Source: Thermodesulfobacteriota bacterium
Lineage (GTDB): Bacteria; Desulfobacterota; Desulfobulbia; Desulfobulbales; SURF-16
Assembly: GCA_040755455.1 (NCBI GenBank)
Contig: JBFMAY010000031.1
Span: 4,741-46,492 of the forward strand
Direction of reading: 5' to 3'
Length of the DNA: 41,752 nt
Part shown: in pieces, positions 8,630-18,567 of the stretch
Numbering within the stretch: position 1 is the stretch's first letter
Layout of the letters: each line of letters starts with the position of its first letter
The notes under the pieces: generated by a model
What the model was told of the DNA's origin: nothing
Seen by the model: only the letters and a program-made list of their open reading frames with translations
The model's database searches: none
Translations under genes and position numbers: made by a program

Positions 8630-11620
8630 ATGCTGGCACGTATCCAGGTTGGCATCAAACCTGTTTTTACCGACTCATTCGGCGAAAAAATCAGAAAAAA
8701 AATCAGGGGCGACCTCAAAATTCCCGTGGAAGGGGTCCGCACCATCAAGGTTTTCACCGTTGAGGCGGACATCAGCCAACAGGAGCTGCAGGCAGCGGCC
8801 AGCGGCCCGTTCTGCGACCCGGTCACCCAGGATTACTCGCTGGGGCCTTTGGCGCTGGCCTGGAACCTGGACTTTGACTGGCTGATTGAGATCGGCTTCA
8901 GGCCAGGCGTTACGGACAACGAAGGGCATACCTCGGCCCAGGCCCTGGAGCTGCTCATCGGCCGCAAACTGAGCCGGGATGAGGCGGTGTACACCTCCTG
9001 CCAGTACCTGTTGTCCGGCAATATCAGCAAAGATGACGCCCAGACCATCGCCACAAAAAGTCTGGCCAACGAGCTCATTCAGCGCTTCACCATCATGTCC
9101 AAAGCTGATTTTGTCAAGGCCGGCGGCCTCAAACCTTATGCGCCCAAGGTGGTGGACAGAAGCGAGGCGAAAATCGCCGAGATCGATCTTGACGTGCCGG
9201 ATGAGGAGCTGATGCGCATCAGCAAGGAGGGCGTGCTGGCCCTGACCCAGGAGGAGATGAAGCTCATCCGCGATTATCTGGCCAGGCCGGACGTGGTGGA
9301 AAGCCGCAAGGCCTGCGGCCTGAGCAGCAAGGTGACCGACGTGGAGCTGGAGGCCCTGGCCCAGACCTGGTCGGAACACTGCAAACACAAGATCTTTTCC
9401 GGCAACATTGCCTATGAAGACAGGCAGACCGGTGAGAAATCGCAGATCGCCAACCTGTTCGACACTTACATCCGCCAGCCGACCAGCGATATCCGGGCCA
9501 GGATGGGCGAGAGCGACTGGTGCCTGTCCGTGTTCAAGGACAATGCCGGGGTGATCAAATTTGACGACAACTGGAATGTGGTCTTTAAGGTCGAGACCCA
9601 TAACAGCCCGTCAGCCCTTGACCCTTATGGCGGCGCGCTTACCGGCATCGTCGGGGTCAACCGGGACCCCTTCGGCACCGGCATGGGCGCCAAGCTCATC
9701 TGCAACACCAATATGTTCTGTTTTGCCACCCCCTTTTACGACAAACCGATTCCGGCCCGGCTGCTGCACCCGAAACGCATTTTCGAGGGGGTGCGCGAGG
9801 GCGTTGAACACGGGGGCAACAAGAGCGGCATCCCCACGGTGAACGGCTCGCTTTATTTCGATGACCGCTATGCCGGCAAGCCCCTGGTGTTCTGCGGCAC
9901 GGTGGGCATCATGCCGGCTATGATCAACGGCAAACCGTCCCACGAGAAAAAGGCCCTGCCCGGCGACATCATTGTCATGACCGGCGGCCGCATCGGCAAG
10001 GACGGCATCCACGGCGCCACCTTTTCCTCCGAGGAGCTCAACGAAAACTCCCCGGCCACCGCGGTGCAGATCGGCGACCCCATCACCCAGAAGAAGATGT
10101 TTGACTGCCTGCTGAAGGCCAGGGACCGGGGCCTGTACCGCTGCATCACCGACAACGGCGCCGGCGGCCTCTCCTCCTCGGTGGGGGAGATGGGAGGCGA
10201 CACCAACGGCTTTGAACTGCATCTCGACAAGGCCCCGCTCAAATATGCCGGCCTGCAGCCGTGGGAGATCTTTCTCTCCGAGGCCCAGGAACGCATGACC
10301 CTGGCCGTGCCGCCGGAAAAACTCGACGACTTCCTGGCTCTGTGCCGGAAAATGGATGTGGAGGCCACGGTGCTCGGCACCTTCCGCGATTCCGGCAAAT
10401 TCCACTGCCTGTACCAGGGCAGGACCGTGGCTTTTCTAGACATGGATTTCGTTCATGAAGGACTGCCGCCCATGCAGATGGTGGCCCGATGGCAGCAGAA
10501 AACCTATGCAGAACCGCAGCTTCCGGCCGCACCAAACCTGGGCGCCGAATTAAAGGCCATGCTCGGCCGGCTCAATATCTGCAGCAAGGAGTATGTGGTT
10601 CGCCAGTACGACCATGAGGTGCAGGGCGGCAGCATCGTCAAACCGCTCACCGGCGCGGCCAACGACGGACCGAGCGACGCGGCGGTGATCCGGCCGGTGC
10701 TTGATTCCTTTGCCGGGCTGGTCATCGCCCACGGCATCTGCCCCCGCTATTCCGATATCGACACCTATCACATGGTGGCCTGCAGCATGGATGAGGCCAT
10801 CCGCAACGCTTTATGCGTCGGGGCAAATCTTTCGGTCATGGCCGGACTGGACAACTTCTGCTGGTGCGACCCGATCCTGTCCGACAAAACACCGGACGGC
10901 GATTACAAGCTGGCCCAGCTGGTGCGGGCCAACCAGGCCCTGGCCCACTACGCCCGGGCCTATGGCGTGCCCTGCATTTCCGGCAAGGACAGCATGAAAA
11001 ACGACTATCTGGTGGGCAATACCAAGATCTCCATTCCGCCGACCCTGCTTTTCTCCGTGGTCGCTAAAATCGACGATGTCAGAAAGGCGGTGACCATGGA
11101 CGTCAAAAAGGCCGGCGACCTGGTCTATGTGCTGGGCACCACCCATGCCGAACTGGGCGCCTCGGAATACGCTGACCGACTCGGCGCCATCGGCAACACG
11201 GTTCCCAAAGTGCGGGAAGACGAGGCCCTGCCCCGTTACCGATGTCTGGAAAAGGCCATCACCCAGGGGCTGGTGGCCTCCTGCCACGACTGCTCGGACG
11301 GGGGCCTGGGCGTGGCCCTGGCGGAATGCGGTTTTGCCGGCGGGCTGGGGCTGGACATTGATCTGCGCAAGGTGCCGGCTGAGGGCATCGGCCGGGATGA
11401 CCTGCTGCTCTTTGCCGAGTCCCAGAGCCGATTTGTGGTCACCGTTGCTCCGGACAAGGCTGGGGCTTTTGAACAGACCATGGCTGGCACCGGCTGGGCC
11501 AGGGTGGGCACGGTGAGCCGGGAACCGCTGTTAACCGCCATTGGTCTCAACGGCGGCACGGTCATCTCGGAAAACATGGCTGACCTCAAAAAGGCCTGGC
11601 AGGAGACCCTGGCGTTTTGA
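8630..11620 (+). CDS. purL: Phosphoribosylformylglycinamidine synthase synthetase subunit (no fused glutaminase domain)
   Basis: AQTWSEHCKHKIF, FKVETHNSPSALDPYGGA, DNGAGGLSS, SEAQERM, QYDHEVQG, HDCSDGGL. Confidence 0.95.
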   Translation: MLARIQVGIKPVFTDSFGEKIRKKIRGDLKIPVEGVRTIKVFTVEADISQQELQAAASGPFCDPVTQDYSLGPLALAWNLDFDWLIEIGFRPGVTDNEGHTSAQALELLIGRKLSRDEAVYTSCQYLLSGNISKDDAQTIATKSLANELIQRFTIMSKADFVKAGGLKPYAPKVVDRSEAKIAEIDLDVPDEELMRISKEGVLALTQEEMKLIRDYLARPDVVESRKACGLSSKVTDVELEALAQTWSEHCKHKIFSGNIAYEDRQTGEKSQIANLFDTYIRQPTSDIRARMGESDWCLSVFKDNAGVIKFDDNWNVVFKVETHNSPSALDPYGGALTGIVGVNRDPFGTGMGAKLICNTNMFCFATPFYDKPIPARLLHPKRIFEGVREGVEHGGNKSGIPTVNGSLYFDDRYAGKPLVFCGTVGIMPAMINGKPSHEKKALPGDIIVMTGGRIGKDGIHGATFSSEELNENSPATAVQIGDPITQKKMFDCLLKARDRGLYRCITDNGAGGLSSSVGEMGGDTNGFELHLDKAPLKYAGLQPWEIFLSEAQERMTLAVPPEKLDDFLALCRKMDVEATVLGTFRDSGKFHCLYQGRTVAFLDMDFVHEGLPPMQMVARWQQKTYAEPQLPAAPNLGAELKAMLGRLNICSKEYVVRQYDHEVQGGSIVKPLTGAANDGPSDAAVIRPVLDSFAGLVIAHGICPRYSDIDTYHMVACSMDEAIRNALCVGANLSVMAGLDNFCWCDPILSDKTPDGDYKLAQLVRANQALAHYARAYGVPCISGKDSMKNDYLVGNTKISIPPTLLFSVVAKIDDVRKAVTMDVKKAGDLVYVLGTTHAELGASEYADRLGAIGNTVPKVREDEALPRYRCLEKAITQGLVASCHDCSDGGLGVALAECGFAGGLGLDIDLRKVPAEGIGRDDLLLFAESQSRFVVTVAPDKAGAFEQTMAGTGWARVGTVSREPLLTAIGLNGGTVISENMADLKKAWQETLAF

Positions 11621-12666
11621 GCAACACCGTTTCCATCAATACCATCCAGGATGGCCAGCCGGTTGAGGGGGTCTTTCTATTAAAAGAGATGACCCGGGCT
11701 GAAACCAAGGCGGGCAAGCCCTTTTTGACGCTGAAGATCATGGATAAGACCGGGGAGCTGACCGGCCGCATCTGGGATGAGGCCGACCGCTGGGAACAGG
11801 AGTGCGCCCCCGGCAAGGCTGTGGCAATTTCCGGCCGGGCCCAGAGCTACAAGGGCAACCTGCAGCTCATCATCAGCGAAGTACGCCGGGTAGGTGAAGG
11901 CGAGGTGGATCTTGCCCAGTTTATTCCCTCAACCTCCGGCGATATTGAGCACATGGTGGCGGAATTGGAGGCCTTTGCCCGCAGCGTTGCGGATGTCTTT
12001 ATCAGAAAGCTGCTGGTCAAATTTCTGCATGACCAGGAATTTCTCGAAAAATTCAAACGGGCGCCTGCGGCCAAAAGCATGCATCACGCCTATCTCGGCG
12101 GCCTGCTGGAACACACCCTGCACGTGGCAAGGCTGGCTGACAAGGTGGCCGCGCTGTATCCTTCCATCAACCGTTCCCTGCTCATGGCCGGGGCCATCCT
12201 GCACGATGTGGGCAAGGTGGAGGAGCTGTCCGTCACCGCGAGCCTCTTTGATTACACCGACCAGGGCAGACTCATGGGGCACATGGTGATGGGAGTGGAG
12301 ATGGTGCAGGAAAAAATCAGCAAAATCAAAGAGTTTCCGGCCGATATCACCATAAAGATCAAACATCTCATTCTCAGCCATCACGGCAGATATGAATTCG
12401 GTGCCCCGGCCCTGCCCATGCTGCACGAGGCCTTTGTCCTCAACTTCCTCGATGATCTGGACGCCAAAATCAATTACGTGGAACGGCTGAGCGCCCAGGT
12501 CCCGGAGGACCACTACCAGTGGAGCGAATACCAGCGCAACCTGGAACGTTTTCTCTTTCTCTCCGGACACACCGCTCAAGGCCGGGAAGAGGAAGACATC
12601 CCGGCAAAAAAGAAAAAAACAACCGATCAGGACTTCAGACAGCCAAGCCTCTTTGACAACATCTGA
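11617..12666 (+). CDS. YhaM/Cbf1-like 3'-5' exonuclease (OB fold plus HD domain)
   Basis: OB: GKPFLTLKIMDKTGELTGRIW; HD: PAAKSMHHAYLGGLLEH, LHDVGK, HLILSHHG, DDLDAK; TTG start overlaps the purL stop. Confidence 0.88.
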   Translation: MSNTVSINTIQDGQPVEGVFLLKEMTRAETKAGKPFLTLKIMDKTGELTGRIWDEADRWEQECAPGKAVAISGRAQSYKGNLQLIISEVRRVGEGEVDLAQFIPSTSGDIEHMVAELEAFARSVADVFIRKLLVKFLHDQEFLEKFKRAPAAKSMHHAYLGGLLEHTLHVARLADKVAALYPSINRSLLMAGAILHDVGKVEELSVTASLFDYTDQGRLMGHMVMGVEMVQEKISKIKEFPADITIKIKHLILSHHGRYEFGAPALPMLHEAFVLNFLDDLDAKINYVERLSAQVPEDHYQWSEYQRNLERFLFLSGHTAQGREEEDIPAKKKKTTDQDFRQPSLFDNI

Positions 12667-12704
12667 CAGGAGTCGGCTGCCTGTTAACAATTTTACTCTC
12701 CCCC

Positions 12705-13700
12705 ATGCTGATATCGTTCCAGTCCATCATCGGCCAGACCAAGGCGAAACAGTTTCTGACCGGTTCCTTTGCCCGGCAGAAAACAGGTCACGCCTATCTG
12801 TTCCGCGGCCCGGCAGGCGTTGGCAAAAAAACCTGCGCCCAGGCCTTTGCCGCCCTGATCAACTGCGCCGCTCCGGTCAATGGTGATATCTGCGGGCATT
12901 GCCCGTCCTGTGTGAAATACCATGCCGGCACCCATCCGGACCTGCTGCATATCGAACCCCAGGGCACAGCTAACTCCCTGAAGATCGATCAGATCAGGGA
13001 GCTGAAAAAAACACTGACGTATCCGCCCTTTGAGGCCCGCTTCCGGGTGGTGCTCATTAAAGACATCCACCTCACCATGCGCAGAAAAGAGGTGACCAAC
13101 AGCCTGCTGAAAACCTTGGAAGAACCGCCGGCCGACACCGTCTTCATCCTCACCGGCGACGAGGCGGGCGACATTCTGCCCACCATTCTGTCACGCTGCC
13201 AGATTGTTCCTTTTTACCCGTTGCCATATGAACAGGTCACCCAGGCCCTGATCCATGATCGGATCGAGGAGCAGACGGCAGCCTCGCTTGCCGCCATCAG
13301 CGAAGGCAGCCTGGGGAGGGCGCGCCTGCTGTATCAGGAGAAGCTGCTGCCCCTGCGCCGGGAGATTATCGAAAGCCTGCTGGCTCTTGCTCCGGGGACG
13401 CCGGAGACGGTGGAAGCTGTTTTTCAACTGGCGGAAAAGGCGGCGGACACCAAGGAGAACCTGGAAGAGCTGCTGGATCTCCTCACCATCTGGCTCCGGG
13501 ACATCATGCTGGCGCACCGGGGTCTCACCGGCAGAGTGATCAGCCACGATCTGCGCTCCCTGCTGCCGGCAGCCTGCGGCAGATGGAACCATGCCGAGCT
13601 TGCCGACAAACTGCAGCGGATCAACCGGTCGCGCCGGCAGCTTCTGCACAACTGTAACCGGACTTTGGTATGCGAAGTCCTTTTCTTTGGGCTCCTTTGA
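12705..13700 (+). CDS. holB: DNA polymerase III subunit delta'
   Basis: HAYLFRGPAGVGK, CGHCPSC Zn motif, HPDL, NSLLKTLEEPP, LPTILSRCQ. Confidence 0.93.
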   Translation: MLISFQSIIGQTKAKQFLTGSFARQKTGHAYLFRGPAGVGKKTCAQAFAALINCAAPVNGDICGHCPSCVKYHAGTHPDLLHIEPQGTANSLKIDQIRELKKTLTYPPFEARFRVVLIKDIHLTMRRKEVTNSLLKTLEEPPADTVFILTGDEAGDILPTILSRCQIVPFYPLPYEQVTQALIHDRIEEQTAASLAAISEGSLGRARLLYQEKLLPLRREIIESLLALAPGTPETVEAVFQLAEKAADTKENLEELLDLLTIWLRDIMLAHRGLTGRVISHDLRSLLPAACGRWNHAELADKLQRINRSRRQLLHNCNRTLVCEVLFFGLL

Positions 13701-13776
13701 TGGTATATACGAGGATTAGCACATGCGCCCAGCGCTAAACAGATAAAAAAATTCAGAGTAAAAAAAACAATTTTCT

Positions 13777-14706
13777 ATGCAACAGGACCAGACAACAGAG
13801 CCGGAAAGGGTGGAGAGAATTTATAAGGTTCGCTTCCGGAAGAACGAGCAGATTTTTTCCGCCTCTTCCCAGGGAGTGCATCTCAAACCCGGCGAAGAGG
13901 TCATGATCCAGACCGACCACGGGCTGGAACCGGGCAAGGTCACCGGCCAGGGACCCCTGCTGGATCCTGCGGCCGAGAACCCCATCAAGACCGCCTATAC
14001 CCTGCAGCGCCGCTGCACCAGAGATGAAATAGAAAAGTACGAGCGCCTCATAGAACGGGAACAGGAGGCCTTTTTGTTCTGCCAGCAGCAGATTGAAAAA
14101 CAGGAGCTCTCCATGAAACTGATCAGGGTGGAGCGCTATTTCAACGGCAGCAAGATCATCTTCTATTTTACCGCTGAAAACCGGGTGGACTTCCGCCAGC
14201 TGGTCAAAGACCTGGTGCAGGAATTCCGCACCCGCGTGGAAATGCGGCAGATCGGCGTCCGCCATGAGACCAAAATGGTCGGCGGCCTGGGCTGTTGCGG
14301 GCTGGAGCTTTGCTGTGCGTCCTATATCAGCAATTTTGCCCCGGTGTCCATCAAAATGGCCAAGGAGCAGAATCTACCCTTAAATCCTGTAAAAATTTCC
14401 GGCATCTGCAACCGGCTGCTCTGCTGCCTTACCTACGAGTATACCACCTATCGGGACATCAAGAAAGAGATGCCCCGGCCCGGCAAAAAGCTGACCCTGG
14501 ACGGCAAGACCTACAAGGTGATCCAGCAGAGCGTTCTCGAGGAAACGGTGACGGTGATTGATGCGGACAATCCCGATGTGCCGCGTGTTCTTACCCGCAA
14601 AGAGTGGGAAACCGTCACCCAGAAAAATGTCCGGCCGCTCAAACCCGGCCGGCCGCGCAAAAAGATGCCGGCCAAAACCGAGAAAAAGGAAAAAAACTCC
14701 GAATAA
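13777..14706 (+). CDS. PSP1 domain protein (RicT/YaaT family)
   Basis: FYFTAENRVDFRQLVKDL, RVEMRQIGVRHETK, GCCGLELCC, ISGICNRLLCCLTYE; holB-yaaT-metG synteny. Confidence 0.92.
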   Translation: MQQDQTTEPERVERIYKVRFRKNEQIFSASSQGVHLKPGEEVMIQTDHGLEPGKVTGQGPLLDPAAENPIKTAYTLQRRCTRDEIEKYERLIEREQEAFLFCQQQIEKQELSMKLIRVERYFNGSKIIFYFTAENRVDFRQLVKDLVQEFRTRVEMRQIGVRHETKMVGGLGCCGLELCCASYISNFAPVSIKMAKEQNLPLNPVKISGICNRLLCCLTYEYTTYRDIKKEMPRPGKKLTLDGKTYKVIQQSVLEETVTVIDADNPDVPRVLTRKEWETVTQKNVRPLKPGRPRKKMPAKTEKKEKNSE

Positions 14707-16637
14707 TGGATACAACAAACACCTATATCACCACCCCGATTTTTTACGTCAACGCCCAACCCCACCTGGGACATGCCTTTACCACCATTGTCGCGGACAC
14801 TTACTGCCGTTACCGCAGACTCTGCGGTGATGAGGTGATGTTTCAGACCGGCACGGACGAGCATGGTGATAAGATCGTGCAGGCGGCCCAGGGGGCCGGT
14901 GTTACGCCCCGGGAGTATGTCGACCGCATCAGCCAGATGTTCCGGCAAACGTGGCCGCTGCTTGCCATTCAACCGGACAACTTCATCCGCACCACCGACC
15001 CCGTCCACATTAAGACCGTGCAGGACATCCTGCAGCAGGTTTATGACCAAGGGGACATCTACTTCAGCGAATATTCCGGCCTCTACTGCCGGGGATGCGA
15101 GCGCTTTCTCACGGAAAAGGAGCTGGTTGACGGCCAATGTCCCGATCATCAGGCGGCCCCGGAACCGATCACCGAGCAGAACTACTTCTTCCGCATGAGC
15201 AAGTACCAGCAGTGGCTCATTGATCACATCAACAGCCATCCCGAGTTCATCACACCCGAGCGCTACCGCAACGAGGTCCTCTCCTTTCTCAAGGAGCCGC
15301 TGGAAGACCTGTGCATCTCCCGGCCCACCAGCCGGCTGACCTGGGGCATACCGCTGCCCTTTGATGACCGCTTTGTCACCTATGTCTGGTTTGACGCCCT
15401 CATCAACTATCTGACCGGCATCGGCTACCCAGGCGGCGAAAATTTTTCCCGCAATTGGGCCGTGGCCGAGCATATCATTGCCAAGGACATTCTCAAACCC
15501 CATGCCATTTACTGGCCCACCATGCTGTGCTCCCTCGGCCTGGCCCCCTATAAGAAACTGCACGTCCACGGCTACTGGAACGTGGGTGAAACCAAGATGA
15601 GCAAAAGCCTGGGCAATGTGGTCCGGCCGGCTGAAATGGTTGAGGCGTATGGCGCGGATACGGTGCGCTATTTTCTGCTGCGGGAAATGTCCTTCGGCCT
15701 TGATTCCGGCTACTCGGCCGATGCGCTGCTCATGCGCCAGAACTCCGACCTGGCCAATGACCTGGGCAACCTCTTCAGCCGTTCGCTGACCATGGTGGCC
15801 AAGTTCGCCGCAAGCCGGGTGCCGGCTCCCGGCCCCCCGGCCGAGATTGACCGGGACCTGCGCGATGCCGCCATGGCGATGATCGACACCTATCGCCGGG
15901 AAATGGACAGTTTTGCCTTTAACCGCGCCCTGGCCGCGGTGTGGGAGGTCATCAGCCGGGCCAACAAGTATATCGTGGCAAACGCCCCCTGGGATCTGGC
16001 CAAGGATGCGGACAAAAGCCAAAGGCTTGCCACGGTTTTTTATTATCTGCTGGAAACCCTGCGCCTGATTGCCCTGACCATTGGCCCGGTCATGCCGGCA
16101 ACGGCCGCTAAAATGCGCCAGGCCCTCGGCCTTGACCGCGAACCGGATCTGACCGGGCAGGCCAGCTGGGGACTGCTTGCGCCGCAGAGCGTCATCACCC
16201 TGCCCGAGGCCCTGTTCCCGCGGCTGGACAGCGCTAAAAAGAAAAAAACCGAGCCGGCGCAGACCGGACATAAAACGGAAAAGGACATGAACCCAGCGGA
16301 AACTCATGAAGATGAAAATCTGATCTCCTTCGAGGATTTCAAAAAAATTGATCTGCGGGTGGCCGAGGTGGTGGCGGCCGAGAAAATCAAAAAATCAGAC
16401 CGGCTGCTCAAGCTCACGGTAAAGGCCCCGGAAGAAAGAACCATTGTCGCCGGCATTGCCGAATTTTACCAGCCTGAGCAGGTGGTGGGCAAGCAGGTGA
16501 TCATTGCCGCCAATCTCAAACCGACCAAACTGATGGGGATCGCTTCCCAGGGCATGGTTCTCGCGGTAAAAGATCAGGGTTCGCTCTTCCTTTCCGCGGT
16601 TTCTTCCCAGGTAACGCCAGGCAGCAAGGTGTCGTAA
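14706..16637 (+). CDS. metG: Methionyl-tRNA synthetase with C-terminal tRNA-binding domain
   Basis: YITTPIFYVNAQPHLGH, GTDEHGDK, YVWFDAL, KMSKS; ATG at 14706 overlaps the upstream TAA and is preferred over the ORF-track start 14604. Confidence 0.97.
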   Translation: MDTTNTYITTPIFYVNAQPHLGHAFTTIVADTYCRYRRLCGDEVMFQTGTDEHGDKIVQAAQGAGVTPREYVDRISQMFRQTWPLLAIQPDNFIRTTDPVHIKTVQDILQQVYDQGDIYFSEYSGLYCRGCERFLTEKELVDGQCPDHQAAPEPITEQNYFFRMSKYQQWLIDHINSHPEFITPERYRNEVLSFLKEPLEDLCISRPTSRLTWGIPLPFDDRFVTYVWFDALINYLTGIGYPGGENFSRNWAVAEHIIAKDILKPHAIYWPTMLCSLGLAPYKKLHVHGYWNVGETKMSKSLGNVVRPAEMVEAYGADTVRYFLLREMSFGLDSGYSADALLMRQNSDLANDLGNLFSRSLTMVAKFAASRVPAPGPPAEIDRDLRDAAMAMIDTYRREMDSFAFNRALAAVWEVISRANKYIVANAPWDLAKDADKSQRLATVFYYLLETLRLIALTIGPVMPATAAKMRQALGLDREPDLTGQASWGLLAPQSVITLPEALFPRLDSAKKKKTEPAQTGHKTEKDMNPAETHEDENLISFEDFKKIDLRVAEVVAAEKIKKSDRLLKLTVKAPEERTIVAGIAEFYQPEQVVGKQVIIAANLKPTKLMGIASQGMVLAVKDQGSLFLSAVSSQVTPGSKVS

Positions 16638-16641
16638 ACAG

Positions 16642-17397
16642 GTGGTAAAAGTAAAAAATCAGCAGCGGGCTGAAAATTTTGCAGACTTTCTTCATCTGCT
16701 TGAGGAGGAAGCCGTCCGCTTTCCGGTGGAACTGATACCGGTTGCCGAAGCGGCCGGCAGTGCCCCGCAGGCGCTGCTGGTCCTTGACCGCACCCTGGCA
16801 GCACAAAGAAAGGTGGAGCTGAAAAAGGCTCTAGGTGCCGGGCGTATTCCACAAACCAACAGGGAACCGCATATCGCCTTGCTGGACGATGCAGACGCTC
16901 TGAGTGGGGCGGAAAGTTTTCAAGACAGTGTCCGTGCCGAGCTGGTCCGGGTGAAAAAGAGCAGGCTGCCCTGTTCTCTGCTGCTGATCAGAATTGACAA
17001 GACAGCGGACAGGGGTTTGCTCACAAAAACTGCGGCAACCTTGAAAAAGGCAATTGCCTGCGATCATCACCTCGCCCCATTTGACCACGCCACCCTGGCC
17101 ATGCTGCTGCCGGGGCTGAACAGAGACAGGGCGCTGCGCCAGGCCGGCGCCATTCATCAATGCCTCGCGGCAGACACCGCAGGCAGGGTGACAATCGGGC
17201 TGGCCGTCTGCATGGCCAGGGCAGTGCCTGCAGCGGATGAATTCATGGCAATGGCGCTGAGTGAATTGCAGAAGGCGGAATATGAAGCAGGAGATATTTT
17301 TTATTCCTTCCACCATCAGGATGATGACGCCTGCGGGGTGACCGCGGAAGAACGGACCCAGCTTTTCAGCTTTCTGAACAGAGGGAAAAAAGAGTAA
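16642..17397 (+). CDS. Degenerate GGDEF-like (nucleotide cyclase fold) protein
   Basis: DALSG..SF...ELVR....PCSLLLIRID...VTIGLA pattern of GGDEF domains, but the signature motif is replaced (about DHATL); GTG start. Confidence 0.6.
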   Translation: MVKVKNQQRAENFADFLHLLEEEAVRFPVELIPVAEAAGSAPQALLVLDRTLAAQRKVELKKALGAGRIPQTNREPHIALLDDADALSGAESFQDSVRAELVRVKKSRLPCSLLLIRIDKTADRGLLTKTAATLKKAIACDHHLAPFDHATLAMLLPGLNRDRALRQAGAIHQCLAADTAGRVTIGLAVCMARAVPAADEFMAMALSELQKAEYEAGDIFYSFHHQDDDACGVTAEERTQLFSFLNRGKKE

Positions 17398-17398
17398 T

Positions 17399-18151
17399 AT
17401 GATGGAAAAAAACAGAAAACCGCAGATTATCTGCATCAGCAGCGGCAAGGGGGGGGTTGGCAAAACCTCCTTTACCATCAACCTGGCCGCGGCCCTGTCG
17501 GCAAAATCCCGCAAGGTCCTGCTCATAGACGGCGATCTGGGGCTTGCCAACGTTGATGTCATGCTCGGTTTAAATGTCAAGCACACCTTGCGGGAAACCG
17601 TGGAAGAGGGGAGGGACCCCCTGGAGATTCTCGTGGAAATCATGCCGGGATTCTTTGTGCTGCCGGCCAGTTCAGGCGTGCCGGAAATGGCCAATCTCTC
17701 TTACGAAGAGCAGGCGTTTCTCACCGACAGCCTTGAACATATCGTCGGCAACTTTGACTTTGTGCTGGTGGACACTGCCGCAGGCGTCGGCGAGTCGGTG
17801 CTGTGGTTCAACAACTGGGCGGACAAAAACCTCACCATCCTCTCGCCTGATCCCACCGCCATGACCGATGCCTATGCCTTGATCAAGATCATGAAAACCC
17901 GTTATAATAAAGAAGATTTCCACCTGATTATCAACAATGTGAAAAGCAGGAAAGAGGCGCAGGAGGTATTTGCCAACATGAGCACCGTGCTGGAGAATTT
18001 CCTGGGCGTCAAGCCCAACTATCAGGGGGCGATCCCGCAGGACAGCGCCGTTGCCTCGGCGGTGCGCCAACAGCGGCCCTTTCTCGTTAGCCAGCCAAAA
18101 GCAAGGGCCAGCATGGCGGTTATGGAAATCTGCAACAAAATACTTTCTTAA
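17399..18151 (+). CDS. MinD/FlhG-family ParA-like ATPase
   Basis: Deviant Walker A SGKGGVGKT, DGDLGLANVDV, DTAAG, PDPTAMTDAYALIK. Confidence 0.9.
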   Translation: MMEKNRKPQIICISSGKGGVGKTSFTINLAAALSAKSRKVLLIDGDLGLANVDVMLGLNVKHTLRETVEEGRDPLEILVEIMPGFFVLPASSGVPEMANLSYEEQAFLTDSLEHIVGNFDFVLVDTAAGVGESVLWFNNWADKNLTILSPDPTAMTDAYALIKIMKTRYNKEDFHLIINNVKSRKEAQEVFANMSTVLENFLGVKPNYQGAIPQDSAVASAVRQQRPFLVSQPKARASMAVMEICNKILS

Positions 18152-18214
18152 CGTGTCGCCACAGCGAAATCATTCTATACTAATTACGCTCCATTTTTTA
18201 CAAAGAGGAAAATC

Positions 18215-18517
18215 ATGTTTGTAGTCGGAAATTTTATCAACGCCCTGGCAAACCTCGTCAACTTTGTCTTAGGTGCATACATGTGGGTTATCGTCGGACG
18301 GGCGATTATTTCCTGGGTCAATCCGGACCCCTATAACCCGATCGTCCGCTTTCTTTATGACATCACCGAACCGGTGCTTTCCAGAATCCGGCGCGTTATC
18401 CCTTTTTCATCCGGGGCAGGAATCGATTTTTCGCCGATGATCCTCATTCTCATCATTCTTTTTTTACAGAGTTTTGTTGTTCCTACCCTGCATGGTATTG
18501 CCCGGTCATTTGGTTGA
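18215..18517 (+). CDS. yggT: YggT/YlmG family membrane protein
   Basis: RAIISWVNPDPYNPIVRFLYDITEPVL...GIDFSP. Confidence 0.93.
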   Translation: MFVVGNFINALANLVNFVLGAYMWVIVGRAIISWVNPDPYNPIVRFLYDITEPVLSRIRRVIPFSSGAGIDFSPMILILIILFLQSFVVPTLHGIARSFG

Positions 18518-18567
18518 TTGCGAATTTTTTTTATCATGATTTACGAAATTGAAGGAGAGTACCCATT

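Noticed and set aside
14511..16307. 598-aa antisense ORF opposite metG (and similar long antisense ORFs opposite purL, mutS, gyrA and gpsA)
   Set aside because: Shadow frames expected from GC-rich codon usage of the real genes; no recognisable motifs or RBS.
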